Shown here piece by piece: positions 11,501-24,402 of a stretch of DNA of 64,000 bases (position 1 is the first letter of the stretch; each line of letters starts with the position of its first letter). The stretch comes from Mustelus asterias. Lineage: Eukaryota. The notes under the pieces were generated by a model. It made no database searches. It saw nothing but the letters and a program-made list of their open reading frames with translations, and was not told where the DNA came from. Where the stretch lies: NCBI RefSeq assembly GCF_964213995.1, contig NC_135812.1, positions 40,424,001 through 40,488,000 on the forward strand, read 5' to 3'. Both the position numbers and the translations under genes were made by a program.

Positions 11501-13189
11501 TATAATATTTGGGTGTAGCATCGGGGTCGACATAGATTTTGGCTCGGGCCCCTTTTATCTTCCCAAGTCCTTCGTGAAAAGCTTCAGGATGTCTTTTAAG
11601 GGAAGATTTCATGCAGCCCTCCCTTGCCTAGCTGGAAGATCTCCAGCCAATTTAACTTTATTTGCTGGAGCTAATCTCTCTCTTTGTTGGGCTTGGTCTT
11701 TGCCCATCTATGACAATGAATGGGAGTTGGGCTGATTGCTGTCAGTAGGTCACTGGGGTCATTGTTTTTCCCTTTATTCTTAGTGATTCATCTGTCTAAT
11801 TAGCTAGTCAGGCCTTTGTGTTTTCTCATTTCTAAAGTTGAATATCAGTTTGGAGGTAATTATACCCCTGCTCACCGATAATGGAAACTGCAGCTCCTGT
11901 GTCCACTTTCAACAGGTGTCCATTTACCAGCAGTTCTACCATTACTGGACCGACCTTGGTTGTAATAACGTGATTTAGTTGCATTGTTCGTTGCTCTGGC
12001 AGTAGATGTAGCTCCATGGTACAGGCCAGTACTGGCCTTGGCCTCCGTCCAGAGCAACACGCATTTTGTCTACTTCTGCAACTGTGCCTTGGCTGAGCTG
12101 CCTGGCTATGCCTACAACAGTCCGACTTTTGGCACTTGCAACCTTCCAGAATATGACCTCCATCAAATTTGGGGATATCATTGCATTTCCTCGACTACCT
12201 GGTGACGCAAGCTGGGCTTTGATATTGTAGTGGACACTCTAATGTCTTACTTGCACGGGCACCCTCAGTTGATGAATGGTCACTACTGCTCATGGCTCCT
12301 CTCTCTACTGAGAATATCACTTTCAGACGCACTTGCAACTCTTGAACCCCTTATCTGCACTTTGCAGTGACAAGGCTATTGCGATAGCTTTCTTTAAGTC
12401 TTTAGATCGTTTTTTTAGTTATCACATTGTTCTTTCCACACACCAATCTGTCTCATCATTTCACTCAAGAATTCACAATGTTCACAAATAGAAAATTACA
12501 AAAACTCTGTAATGGATTCCCTGGGGATTATCCCTGTTGTATTAAAGCGATATCTGTGGAGTATGACGGAGGGATTTGGACCATAGTGATATTTGACTGA
12601 ATCTACAAGTTCCTTGAAAGTTTTCAAACCAGGAGTACCTGGGTAAGTTGGGCTTTTTATTATGCTGAATGTTGGACACCCACATGTGAGTAAAATTACT
12701 TTCTGTCTTTCATTTCCCTCAATATTATTTACCTGGAAGAAGTAGTGCGTGTGCTCTACATATTGAGCCCTGTCTTCTCTGTTCGCGTCATAAGGTTTGA
12801 GTTTACTGAAGAAAGGTATTTTTGATTTTTTTTCTTACCAGAGAGGAAACATTGCTTTCTTCTCGATGATAAAGGTTACCAGGAGCAAATGAAGAAAAAT
12901 AATTTATTGTCCACCTTCATTGCCAATATAATAACCTCGCCAAGGCCAGCCCTCCAGTACAACACTTCTTTATTTTAAAAAAAAGGTCATATCCACGGCT
13001 TACAACAGATCAAGGCTTGTGCTCTGGACCTGTATAACTTGCGGCTAAGGCTGAGTGTGGGTTTTAAACTCCTGCTATTCGACTCTCATTGGGCAGGCTT
13101 CCGCTTGCTCAATAGGGAAACTTGAATTCCATGAAGCCCACAGGGAGATCTGTTAATGACACCCTGTGTCCTTCGTGGCCATTATAACA
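8520..13189 (-). mobile_element. Ty3/Gypsy LTR retrotransposon, near full-length, heavily decayed
   Basis: Homologous LTR segments ending TATAACA at 8652 and 13189; PPT at 8653-8677; degenerate PBS (TGGCAATGAAGG) at ~12914-12925; gag ~12400-12830; protease KVDTGAAVSII at 11832-12017; RT VYLDNILV at 10620-10811; RNase H KKFHQYIYGKHF..TDHK at 9865-10254; integrase SDSGMTFTSSEF at 9199-9564. Confidence 0.9.
11182..11468 (+). mobile_element. V-SINE-like SINE (AATAAATAAAC tail type) inserted in Gypsy pol
   Basis: TGGTTAGCACTGCTGTCTC A-box, ATTTGATTCCC B-box-like, TTTCCTCCCACAGTCCAAAAGATGTG core; Gypsy pol is continuous on both sides. Confidence 0.9.
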
Positions 13190-13726
13190 ATTATTGAAAG
13201 GTGTTAGTCTGTGGTCAATTTAAAAGTCCTCAGCAGCAGACTTTCATGAACTCAAACAAGGAGAATTGTTTATTCAGACATCACACACCCAAGAAAGATG
13301 CAATTAAAGAAGGTGGGGTATTTTTACAAGTATTAAATCTGAACAGAATAGCCAGCAGTTCACACGTCTTTCAGAGTGTAATGAAAGAGGGATGTTGTAA
13401 CAAGAAGTTCAATTTCTTGAGAGGTGATCTTGAAGCTTTTGGAAACAGGCTGGATGAGGCTTTCTAAAAGATTGTTAAGTCTCATAGTTCTCGAAAGGCG
13501 AGATGGCATAGCCTTTCTCGGTAGCCTTGGTATTGCTGATGTTCATCTTCAGACTGCCAAGGTCTCTTCTGCATTTTTGGATATTTTTTTCACTGTCAAA
13601 GGACGGTTTCAGTCACAGGACTAATGACCAATGGTAGAACGTAAATGGTCTTTCGCACTTCTCTTGTGGATAACTGGTCTTGATAGCTTTGCTTTGTTAC
13701 TTCGCAGATTTGGAGTCAGATTCTAG

Positions 13727-13862
13727 TGGGTAGAATTTCCGGTCCCACCGGCCATGAGAATTGTCATGGACGGGATGGAAAACTTGATGGACCATTGAAA
13801 GGTCCATTGACCTTGGACAGGAATTTCTGGATTCGAGGTGGGTGGGACTGTAAAATCATGTC
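13727..13862. mobile_element. Short Harbinger-type MITE
   Basis: Imperfect inverted ends GGGTAGAATTTCCGGTCCCACC ... GGTGGGACTGTAAAATC; similar element at 47343-47468. Confidence 0.6.
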
Positions 13863-15156
13863 GAAGGAGTCTATTGTCTCTGTTTTGGAGTAAGCTTCGA
13901 CAATAGCAGGTGTGGAATTCCACAGAGAATTGCTGTTAAGTCATGTCCATTCAAGGGGGAGACCCCTCACCCAAAATAATACAATTCAATTTCCAGAAAC
14001 TTTTTGGTGTGTTGAAGTTGCAAAAGGTCACCTCACCCTCTTGGCAGCCACCTTATCAGTTCATCGGGGTCAATTTTAAAAGGAAGACAGTTTTTAAATG
14101 TGTAATATCTTCATACTGGTACCGACATGACACTCCTTCCCCCAAATGAGGTATAACCTAAACGTATTACATTTTTTACATGGTTTTTCTTGCAAAGCAA
14201 GATAAAAAGTAATCAGTCATTCTCCATAAGTACTCAAACGGTTATCTGATACAACTACAGTTTCTCTGTTGCATTTCTTTTCTCTTAAAATCCCCCAGTT
14301 TCATTTAACCTGGTGAATTTTCACTAATGTTACCTACAATTTCAAGATTGGTATCTTTATTATGCATAGGCGGTTTGATGCCGTTAATATTGCAAAAAGT
14401 TCTGAACTCTTGTTGTCTTCCAGTGCAATGTCAGATTTCACCCAACTGTTTTTGTGAAAGTGTTTAGCATACAAATTGATTTGACTGCTTGGGTGGGGGT
14501 TTTGCAAAGCCTTTTATGGTCATGCCTACAATTAAAGAATCTGTTAAGTTAGGTTCTTGTCTACAGAGGATTAGTATTCTGGAGTAATGAGATCAAGGGT
14601 ATTGTGCTTAGACTCCTGTTAGGAGTCCGTGGCATTGCATTTCAGAGGCCCTGAAATTTGAACTGGGATTGGGTGGATTTGTGTTTTTAACCTGATCTTT
14701 TGAGAGTTCTGTATTTAAGGCTGTGTCAGCTGCAGTCGAACCTGCCTTGTGGCTGGCGTGGATGGGGTTCAGCTTCAGGGTAGTGTCTTCCCCATTCCTG
14801 TTACGTTGGGGATGAGATAGTACTCATTCTATGTCTTTTGGGACACCACTGTCCACAGATGATCGACCATCTTCAACAGCCCTGTGGCTCTTCAACGAGC
14901 TGAGATGTTTCCCTCACTGTCTGATTGTCTGCTTGGGTCCCCTAATCCCCATTTAAATCTGGAAAGAAGGTTTCTGCTAGCCATACTTCAGGCTCTTCCC
15001 TTTAACCTTTGCCTTTCCTGATTTAGCATGTTTGCTTTCCCCTGGCAGTGTCTGGCACCTTATATTCAACAGGGTCCAACAGTGCTCTAAACTAGCCCCC
15101 TTTAAATCTGTTGGCTTATCTGTAACCTCGTTGATTCTTACAGGCACTATTGCCTC

Positions 15157-15710
15157 ATAGAATCATAAAGCACAGAACAGGCCCTTCGGCTCATCGAGTC
15201 TGCACCAACATATTAGAAACACCTGAACTTCTGCCTAATCCCATCTGCCAGCACTTGGCCCATAGCCCTGAATGTTATGATGTGCCAAGTGCGCATCAGA
15301 TGCTTTATAAAGGATGTGAGGCAACCCACCTCTACCACCCTCCCAGGCAGAGCATTCCAGACCGTCACCACCCTCAGGGGAAAAAAGTTCTTCTTCACAT
15401 CCCCCCTAAACCTTTTGCCCCTCACCTTGAACCTACGTCACCTCGTGACTGCCCCTTCAACCAAGGGGAACAGCTGCTCCTTATCCACTCTGTCCATGTC
15501 CCCCATAATCTTGTACATTTCGATCAGGTCCCCCCTCAGACTTGGCTGCTCCAACGAAAACACCCCAAGCCTATTCAACCTCTCTCTATAATTTAAATGT
15601 TCCATTCCAGGCAGCATCCTGGTGAATCTCCTCTGCACCCCCTCCAGTGCAATCACATCCTTCCCATAATGTGGCGACCAGAACTGCACACAGTACTCTA
15701 GCTGTGGCCT
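15157..15710 (-). mobile_element. CR1 3' fragment
   Basis: ORFs 15438-15689 (QFWSPHY..DVIALEGVQRRFTRMLPG) and 15213-15425; CATAGAATCAT tail. Confidence 0.93.
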
Positions 15711-15719
15711 CCTGTGGGA

Positions 15720-16480
15720 CTATTGTCTTTTCCTCAGCCCTTTGAACCTGTGCAGAATTCTGCTAGTTTCCCCAGCCTTCCCAGTCTCAATTGACTGCCC
15801 TGGACCCTTTGGGGTTACTACCTTCCAACCTACTTAGCCATTTCCAAATAAAATATCTAACCCTTCCATGGGCAAGCTTGGGATCATACTTACCATTGCC
15901 AGCTCCATAATCTCGGTCTACAAATGCATTTTCACTCGTGTCACTTCTACATATTCTCTAGTGAATCCTTTGATCAGTACGGTGGTATTCATCTTACACC
16001 TGGGTGAGAACTCGCTAATCAGTAATAAAACTTGCAAGCAGCCAGTATCTCAGAATGTTGATCTCCTTCTCTGACTTCTTTGAAAAATTAGGGGTCACTT
16101 TCCCTTTAAATATATCATCCTGGTAAGTATTTGGACCTTCAGTTACATTTGAACAGAGACTCGTGACTTTCAAAGCCACAGATATTGTCTTGGCAGTTGT
16201 ACCTCCTGTGAGGGTTTTTGCATGCCAGCAGTTTTCTTCAATATGGCCTGTCTTGCCACAGGGCATCTCTGGTTTGTTTTCCAAGTTCTTTCTTTTAAAA
16301 GCTGGGGATTGTCTTCTCTATTCACCTTTCCTCTCGAGTTTCTTTCTATTCTCTCTATCTCCTTTGTATCTCTCCCTGGGGGGTGGGGGCGAGAGTGAAG
16401 ATGGTCTTTTGGAGAGTGCAGACTCAATGGCCCGAATGGCCTACTTACGCAATGTAGGGATTTTGATTCTCTGAATTCTA
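15720..16480 (-). mobile_element. Gypsy gag zinc-knuckle/protease fragment
   Basis: ORF 16015-16284 has CGKTGHIEENCW (CCHC remnant) followed by FKGKV...KEINILR (protease N-terminus). Confidence 0.6.
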
Positions 16481-17271
16481 TCATATTATGGTTGGTCTAT
16501 TCTGAATACACAATACCCATCTTGGATGGCCTTTGTTCTTCAATGTATTGATCCAGAAAACTATCTCGTATACACTCCAGGACTTCCTCCTCTATGGTGT
16601 TGTTACTAATTTGATTTGCCCAATCTATATGCAGATTAAAGTCACCCATAATTACAGATGCTCCTTTATCACATGCTTCTCTAATTTCCTGTTTAATGTC
16701 ATCCTCAACACTACTGCTACAGTTTGATGGTTTATATACAACCCTGATTAACATTTTATGTCCTTTGGTATTTCTCAGCTCTACCCATAAAGATTCCATA
16801 TCTTGGGGGCTAATATCCTTTCTCACTATTGTGGTTATTTTCTCTTTAACCAGCAATGCAACTCCACCACCCTTTCCTTTTTGTCTGTCGTTCCTAAATA
16901 CTGAATGCCCCTAGATGTTTAATTCCCATCCTTGTTCACCCTGCAGTGAGGTCTCTGTAATCACAGCTATATCATACCCATTTACATCTATTTGCCTGAT
17001 TAATTCATTCACTGTATTGCAAATGCTCTGTTCATTAAAGCACAAAGCCTTAAATCTTGTCTTTTTAATATTCCTTGTTCCATTCCCATTATTTTTCACT
17101 GTTGCCCTGTTTGATTCTGGCCCTTGATTTCTTGGCCTATTTGCTTTCTTATTCCCCTTTCTGTCTTTTGCTCTTGTCCTTGTTTCCCTTCCTCTGACTC
17201 TTTTAATAGGTTCTCATCCTTCTGCTATTTCAGTTGAAATTCTTCACGATCACCCTAGCGAATACTCCTTC

Positions 17272-17602
17272 TTGGATATGGCACAGCGGTTAGCACTACC
17301 AAATCACAGCACTATGAACCCGGGTTCAATTCAGGCCTTGGGTGACTGTGAAGTTCGCATGTTCTCCCTGGGATGCTCTGTTTTCCTCCCACAGTCCAAA
17401 GATATTCAGGTTAGGGAGTTTGGCCATGCTAAATTGCACCTTAATGTCCAAAGATGTGTAGGGTAGGTGCATTAGCCTTGATAAATGCGTGGAGTTATGA
17501 GGATAGGGTGGAAGGGAAGGGCCTGGATGGGATGTTCTTTCAGAGAGTTGGTGGCGTCTCGATGGGCCGATTGGTCTCCTTCTGCACTGTAGGGATTTTA
17601 TG
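17272..17602 (+). mobile_element. HE1-like SINE (CR1-type tail)
   Basis: GGCACAGCGGTTAGCAC A-box, GGTTCAATTC B-box, V-domain core, tail GATGGGCCGATTGGTCTCCTTCTGCACTGTAGGGATTTTATG. Confidence 0.9.
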
Positions 17603-18242
17603 GAAATCAGTCCTTGTATTGCCCAAGTAAAGTCTGTCCATTTGTACTGGTCCCACCTCCCTCAGAACCGTGTCCAAGGAATCTTAAGCCCTTCCCCTTG
17701 CACTATCTCTTCAGCTACATATTCTCTGATATATCCTGCTATTTCTGCTCTGACTAGAACGTTGCACAGGTAGAAATCCAGAAATCCTACTTTTCAACTT
17801 ACTTCCTAACTCTGCTTTTAGGATCTCGCCCCCTTTTCTTTTACCTATGTCATTTGTGCCAATGTGCACCACAACCAGTGGCTGTTCACCCTCTCCCTTC
17901 AGTATATCTTGTAGCCAGACTAAGACATCCTTGACCCTAGCACCAGGGAAGCAACATACCATCCTGGAATCGCATTTGCAGCCACAGAAACACGTATCTA
18001 CTTCCCTTACAATTGAATTCCCTGCAACTATTGCATTCACACTCATTTTACTCCTCTCCTGTGCAGCAGAGCCAACTGTTGTGCAATGAATTTGGCTGTT
18101 GTTTCCCCGATAGGCCATTCCCCCCAACAGCATCCAAGGGGTATATCTGTTTTGCAGGGGAATAACCACAAGAGATTCCTGCACTGCCTGCCTAGTCCTC
18201 TTGCTCTGACTGGCAGTCACCCATTTCCATTTCTGCCTGTGA

Positions 18243-19750
18243 ATTTTATTTTATTTTATTTTATTATTGTCACATGTATTAGCATACAGTGAAAAGTATT
18301 GTTTCTTGCTCGCTATACAGACAAAGCATACCGTTCATAGAAAAGGAAACGAGAGAGTGCAGAATGTAGTGTTACAGTCATAGCTAGGGTGTAGAATGAT
18401 CAACTTCATGCAAGGTAGGTCCATTCAAAAGTCTGATGGTAGCAGGGAAAAGCTGTTCTTGAGTCGGTTGATACGTGACCTCAGACTTTTGTATCTTTTT
18501 CCCGACGGAAGAAGGTGGAAGAGAGAATGTCTGGGGTGCGTGGGGTCCTTAATTATGCTGGCTACTTTGCCGAGGCAGTGAGAAGTGTAGACAGAGTCAA
18601 TGGATGGGAGGCTGGTTTGCATGATGGATTGGGCTACATTCACGACCTTTTGTAGTTTCTGAGTCTTGGGCCGAGCAGGAGCCATAGCAAGTGTGATACA
18701 GTCAGAAAGAATGCTTACTATGATGCATCTTCAAAAGTTGGTGAGAGTCGTAGCTGACATGCCAAATTTCCTTAGCCTTCTGAGAAAGGAGAGACGTTGG
18801 TGGGCTTTCGTCGGCTTGGGGGGTGGGGGGGGGGGGGGGGGGGGGGGGGGGGTTGGGGGTGCGGTGCGGGGGGGGGGGGGGACTAGGACAGGTTGTTGGT
18901 GATCTGGACACCTAAAAACTTGAAGCTCTCGACCTTTTCTACTTCGTCCCCGTTGATGTAGACAGGGGCATGGTTTCCTTTACGCTTCTTGAAGTCGATG
19001 ACAATATCCTTCGTTTTGTTGACGTTGAGGGAGAGATTATTTTCACTGCAACAGTTCACCAGATTCTCTACCTCATTCCTGTACTCTGTCTCGTCATTGT
19101 TTGAGATCTGTCCCACTACGGTGGTGTCGTCATAAAACCTGAAAATCAAATTGGAGGGGAATTTGGCCACACAGTCATAGGTGTATAAGGAGTACAGTAG
19201 GGGACTGAGAACACAGCCTTGTGGGACACCGGTGTTGAGAATGATCGTGGAGGAGGTGTTGTTGCCTATCCTTACTGATTGTGGCCTGTGAGCTAGGAAG
19301 TTCGGGATCCAATCGCAGAGGGAGGTGCCAAGGCCCTGGCCATGGAGTTTGGAGATGAGTTTTGTGGGAATAATAATGTTGAAGGCTGAGATGTAGTCAA
19401 TAAATAGGAATGTGACATAGGTGTCTTTGTTATCTAGGTGTTCCAGGGTTGAGTGCAGGGCCAGGGAGATGGTGTTTGCTGTGGACCTGTTGCGGTGGTA
19501 GGCAAACTGTAGTGAATCCAGGTAGTCTGCGAGGCTGGAATTGATTCGTGCCATGACTAGCCTTTCGAAGCACTTCGGAATGATGGATGTCAGAGCCACC
19601 GGACGATAGTCATTGAGGCACGTTGCTTGGTTTTTCTTAGGTACCGGGATGGTGATCATCTTCTTAAAGCAAATAGGGACCTCAGATTGTTGTAAAGAGA
19701 GGTTGAAGATGTCTGCAAACACACGCGCCAGCTGATCCGCTCAGGCTCTG
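18243..19750 (-). mobile_element. Rex1/Babar LINE, 5'-truncated
   Basis: ORF 18883-19722: [42 protein letters not shown]; 3' UTR with TTTTA repeats. Confidence 0.92.
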
Positions 19751-19839
19751 AAGTCTTAATCTGCGGTGTGACCATCTCTCTATATGTGATATTCATGAGT
19801 CTCTCTGCCTAGCAGATGCTCCACAGAAACTCCAAGGTA

Positions 19840-20660
19840 TTTTATGAAGTTAGTTTAGATCCCAACTTTTACATTTGATTCTGGCATTAGGGTGAGCATA
19901 AGGTATTTCGTTATAGGTAAGATTCAATTGATGCATTCGGAAACTTTTATCAAAACAATCTTTATTTAAGAATAGAGTTAGAATATAACAGAAAAAATTT
20001 GTATAAGCAATTGAAATACTTAAACATGACAAAGTATAATTCTTAACAACTTGCTGTCTCTAAGTTCCAATTGTGAGCAGCATCCCATAGACAAAAATCC
20101 CTTCTTCGGAAGCAGTTAGCACTAAAGACCAATATGCTCATGTGGATGCTAGATTTTCAGCCTTTTAACACCTCTGGACTGAGATCCAGACAGACAGCTG
20201 TTTTCTGACTCTTGTACAGCGGAATCTCAGAGAAAGATCAACTTCCAAACAGCAGAATCTCAGAGAAAGAAACTTATTCCCTGGCAGATTCCAGTCTCTA
20301 GATGTTAGAGACTCAGAGCTACTACTTCTTTCCACAGCTCCCAAAATGCAACTAAGCTGCGGTTTTTCTGTGTAAGCCTAGTTTCACCCAGTCACATGAT
20401 CAATCATCCTTTCAATCATCCTAATCAGGCCCTGCTCTGAAAAACCCCAGGGGAACACTATGGACAACAAAATAGCATTAGTCCAGATTAAAACAAACAT
20501 TCCAGCAATTAGGTGCAATTATGCTGCTGCAGTAAAAATACAGGATTCCAGTTACAAACCCTACGGCACCGGAATGAACAGACTGTAAAACAAACAATCC
20601 TGCACAGGATACATTACTCAAATACATTTTTTAAAGGCACACTTACCCAACAGTACTCAC
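19840..20660. mobile_element. Probable solo LTR / LTR-like repeat
   Basis: Non-coding block between CR1 ORF1 and its putative 5' UTR, with TTTATT (antisense polyA signal) near 19963; termini not resolved. Confidence 0.3.
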
Positions 20661-20754
20661 CCAATCAGCTGCTCCCACTTGTCCTGTATCATCTTTGAAT
20701 CCTGACATCACTCAGGAACTCCAAACCCCAAGCTCGCACTCAGATTTTTTCCTG

Positions 20755-21050
20755 CACTCATGCGCTGTTTTTAATCTCCTGACTGTCTCTTCACTCATTT
20801 TGTTTTCAATCTCCTGACTTCCTCTGTTCTTGCGTTGTTTTCAATTTAAGGGCTATCTCTCCACTTGTGCTGTTTTCAATCTCCCAACTGTCTCTCTTTT
20901 CTCGCTGTTTTCAATCTCTTGACTGTCTCTCCATTTATGCTCTTTTCAATCTCCCAGCTCTGTTCTCACCTTCATGCTCTTTTATTCTCCCATTTTCTCT
21001 AACGGTCTTTTTGAACTCGCAGCTCCTCTTGTGCTCTTTTTGATCTCTCG
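20755..21050. repeat. ~35-bp degenerate minisatellite, about 8 copies
   Basis: Recurring GCTGTTTTCAATCTCC(T/C)GACTGTCTCTCCACT unit. Confidence 0.8.
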
Positions 21051-21627
21051 TGTATTTCATTCATAATGAGGTTTTGTTTGTTAGAGATCCTTCCTCCGGC
21101 ACAAGCTAAGAAAATCTTTCAGCCTCATGAGTTTGTCTTCTCAATCTGAGTGCGAGCTCTGCCTGCATTCTTGCATGATAAACCACAATGTCTTGCAAAC
21201 TATAGCCATTCTCCCTCTCCTGGATTCCAGCAGACTAACATGTCTGTGAGTTTCAGGGATATGTTAGAAATGCATGCCCTCTCAAAGCCCATCTACACAG
21301 AAATGTGAATCAGATTGGCCTAGTATCCAGGTAGAAATGCTGATTTGCTGTGCTTGAGACTACAACTCTCTCTTATCATGGAATTAAATGGACAATTTAT
21401 AGTTCCATTACTTATAACTCAGTATTCAAAACGTTTTTCTGGAAGTTTAGAGACTGGCCTCACAAGCTGCTGACTGTTAGCACACAGGCTGTTGCCATTA
21501 TCTCCAAGTGTAAACATCTTGCACCAGTGAAATAATTTGGAGTCCTTTCATCCCTAACAATCTAAGCACTCAGGCTTTCTGTGAGTTACACTTAAGAACA
21601 GGTCGCATGACCACTTTTTAAAGACAT

Positions 21628-22845
21628 GGGGAGCATTTTTGGCTCCCGTTTTCATCAAGCGGAATTGATACAAGGAGCAGAGAATCAAATGGAATTCCCA
21701 AATTGGATTCTCCCCACCCACTGCTAATGACATAATGAGGAACATGCCACGCAATGACGTGAACCAATTTATACTACATATTAATTTAATTTGCCTCCCA
21801 AGGGGCTCCTGACTCCTGTTTTTCAAAATGTTTAAAAATCTGGTTGGGAAAGCTAGCAGCACTGCTTTTCCTGCCGAGTTGACACTTGACCATGACAGGC
21901 CTGGATTTTCCACTCCCATTTTCTTTGGGTGGGTTCAGCGACAGGAGCCAAAAGTCTCACAGGAAGTCCAAATCGCGTTTCACGTTGACATAAAATGCGA
22001 TTGTCCCTTCCCCCCCGCCCCCCCCTTCTCCCTCGCCGCCCCCCCCGTGCCCGTCAGTGATGTAGCATGTACATCAGAACACCATTTGAATATATCATTC
22101 CATTACCAGGCCTCTAAGCTTGAATCATCCCCCACCCCTCCATACAAATGTCTATTCACATCTGCATTATGTCATGGGGCCTGCCCCTTTATGCTTTTGA
22201 GATTAAGTGCTGGATGATATGGCAGAGAAAGCTGCCATTGCTGTCTAATGCCAAAGTGTAGCTGAGTCAAAGGAAACGATGCCACACCCCCTTTTTTTAC
22301 AGCACTAGTTGAGGGGATAGTTGGAGTTCAGCAGGGCTTGCAGGTCACTGGTGTGGAGGGAGGAGTCTGGGGGGGGCAATGGGAGTGGGGGGGGTATCAG
22401 AGATCAGAGTTTAGGGGTGTCATGACTAGTTCGGGTTAGGATTTGGTGTGGGTGTGGAAGATTCCCCTTGGACGTGGAGGGTTGGGCGAAATGGGGGAAT
22501 TGTGAGGGGTGAGTAGTTGGGAGTTTGGAGGCAGTTCCCCCTGTCTACATAATAGTTCTCTGGGTCTGTACAATAATTACCCAGAAGTTAAAGGTGGTTT
22601 TAACCCTTCTAACTTTTTTCTGGGTAACAATCGGTGTAACCCAATTGAACCATCCGAAACTTGTAATTTAATCAGATTTTTGGATGGTCCTCAGTGCAGG
22701 ACAAATGCAGCACTTCTATGGGAAGTTTGCACTCCTGGGCAATTGCTTCATAAATCTTGGCTGGGAACCTCCAGAGGAGATTCCTTAGTGCAACTTTGCA
22801 GTTCCTGCCCCAATACAATACAGAGGAGGGTAGAAGTTAGGGTCT
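21628..22845. mobile_element. Cluster of decayed non-autonomous DNA transposons (Harbinger-type)
   Basis: GGCCTGGATTTTCC and GGGAGCATTTTT starts, with GC-rich internal runs like the other MITEs. Confidence 0.4.
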
Positions 22846-24402
22846 CATTTCTTTTTATCAAGCACATTCCACAAAAGTCAGAATCTGTCACCTCCTCAGA
22901 TTTCCAAACTTTTGCCTGTTAGTCTCTGGAACTGACTTATATGCATCAAGCAAACTGTGTCTCAATCCGTGGACTGTTCAACTGAATGGATTGAATAAAC
23001 CTCCAATGCTTTTCCTACCATAATTTTGAACCAACCTAGCAACTCAAGACTGGGCATCCATGAGGCGCTGTGGGCCATCAACAGCAGCAGAACTGTACTC
23101 CAGCACAATCTGCAACCTCATGGCCCAGCATATCCCACCCTGAACCATTACCATTAAGCCAGGGAGGGGATCAATGGTTTAATGGAGACTGCAGGAGGGC
23201 ATGCCAGGAGCAGCACCAAGCATAACTATAAATTAGGTGTCAACCTGGTGAAGCTACCAAACAGGGTTACTTGCATGCCAAATGGCAAAAACAGCAAGTA
23301 ATAGACAGAGTTAAGCAATCCCACCACCAATGGATCAGATCTAAGCTCTGCAGTCCTTCCACATCCAGTCGTGAATGGTGGTAGACAATTAAACAACTCA
23401 CTGGGGGAGAAGGCTCCACAAATATCCCCATCCTCAAAGATGGAGGAGCCCAGCACATCAGTGCAAAAGATAAGGCTGAAGCATTCGCAACAATCTTCAG
23501 CCAGAAGTGCCGAGTGGATGATCCAACTCGGCCTCTTCCAGTGGTCGTCAACATCTCAGATGCCAGTCTCCATCCAATTCAATTCACTCCACGTGATATC
23601 AAGAAACGGTTGGAGGCACTGGATACTGCAAAGGCAATGGGCCCTGATTAATATTCCAGCAATAGTGTTGAGGTCTTGTGCTCCAGAACTTGCCAATCTC
23701 CTAGCCAAGCTCTTCCAGTACAGTTACAATACTGGCATCGACCCAACAATGTGGAAAATTGCCCAGATATGTCCTGTATACACAAAGCAGGAGAAATCCA
23801 AGCCAGTCAATTACCGCCCAGTCTACACTCAATCATCAGTAAAGTGATGGAAAGGATCATTGACAGTGCTATCAAGCTACACCTGCTCAGCAATAACCTG
23901 CTCAGTGATGCCCAGTTTGGGTTTTGCGAGGGTCATTCAGCTCCTGACCTCATTACAGCCTTGGTTCAAACATGGACAAAAGAGCTGAATTCCAGAGGTG
24001 AGGTGAGAGTGGCAGCCTTGACATCAAGGCCACATTCGACCACATGTGGCATCAAGGAGCCTTAGCAAAACTGGAATCAATGGGTGTTAGGGAGCAAATA
24101 CTCCGATGGTTGGAGTCATACCTGGTACATAAAAGGATGGTTGTGGTTGTGGAGGGTCAGTCATCTCAGCTCCAGGACACCTCTGCAGGTGTCCCTCAGG
24201 GTAGTGTCCTAGGCCCAACAATCTTCAACTGCTTCAAAATGACCTTCCCTTCGTCATAAGGTCAGAAGTAGGGACGTTCACCGATGATTGCACAATGTTC
24301 AGCGCCATTCGTGACTCCTCAGGTACTGAAGCAGTCCATGTTCAAATGCAACAAGATCTGAACAATATCCATGCTTGGGCTGACAAGTGGCAAGTAACAT
24401 TC

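Larger units (their letters stand above)
16490..19835 (-). mobile_element. CR1 LINE 5' half (ORF1 esterase plus ORF2 endonuclease), split by a SINE and a Rex1 insertion
   Basis: ORF 17711-18220 is SGNH-esterase-like (GNSIVR..CCFPGARVKDV..VHIGTNDIG); ORFs 16911-17099 and 16497-16856 encode APE endonuclease (DIAVITET, ESLWVEL, MGDFNLHIDW); ORF1 resumes at ~19750. Confidence 0.88.

Noticed and set aside
17272-17345. tRNA gene (A and B boxes), also at other SINE heads
   Set aside because: These are tRNA-derived SINE heads that continue into SINE core and tail; no full cloverleaf
20755-21050. CRISPR-like array of ~35-bp repeats
   Set aside because: Units are contiguous and degenerate with no unique spacers, there are no cas genes, and the context is eukaryotic
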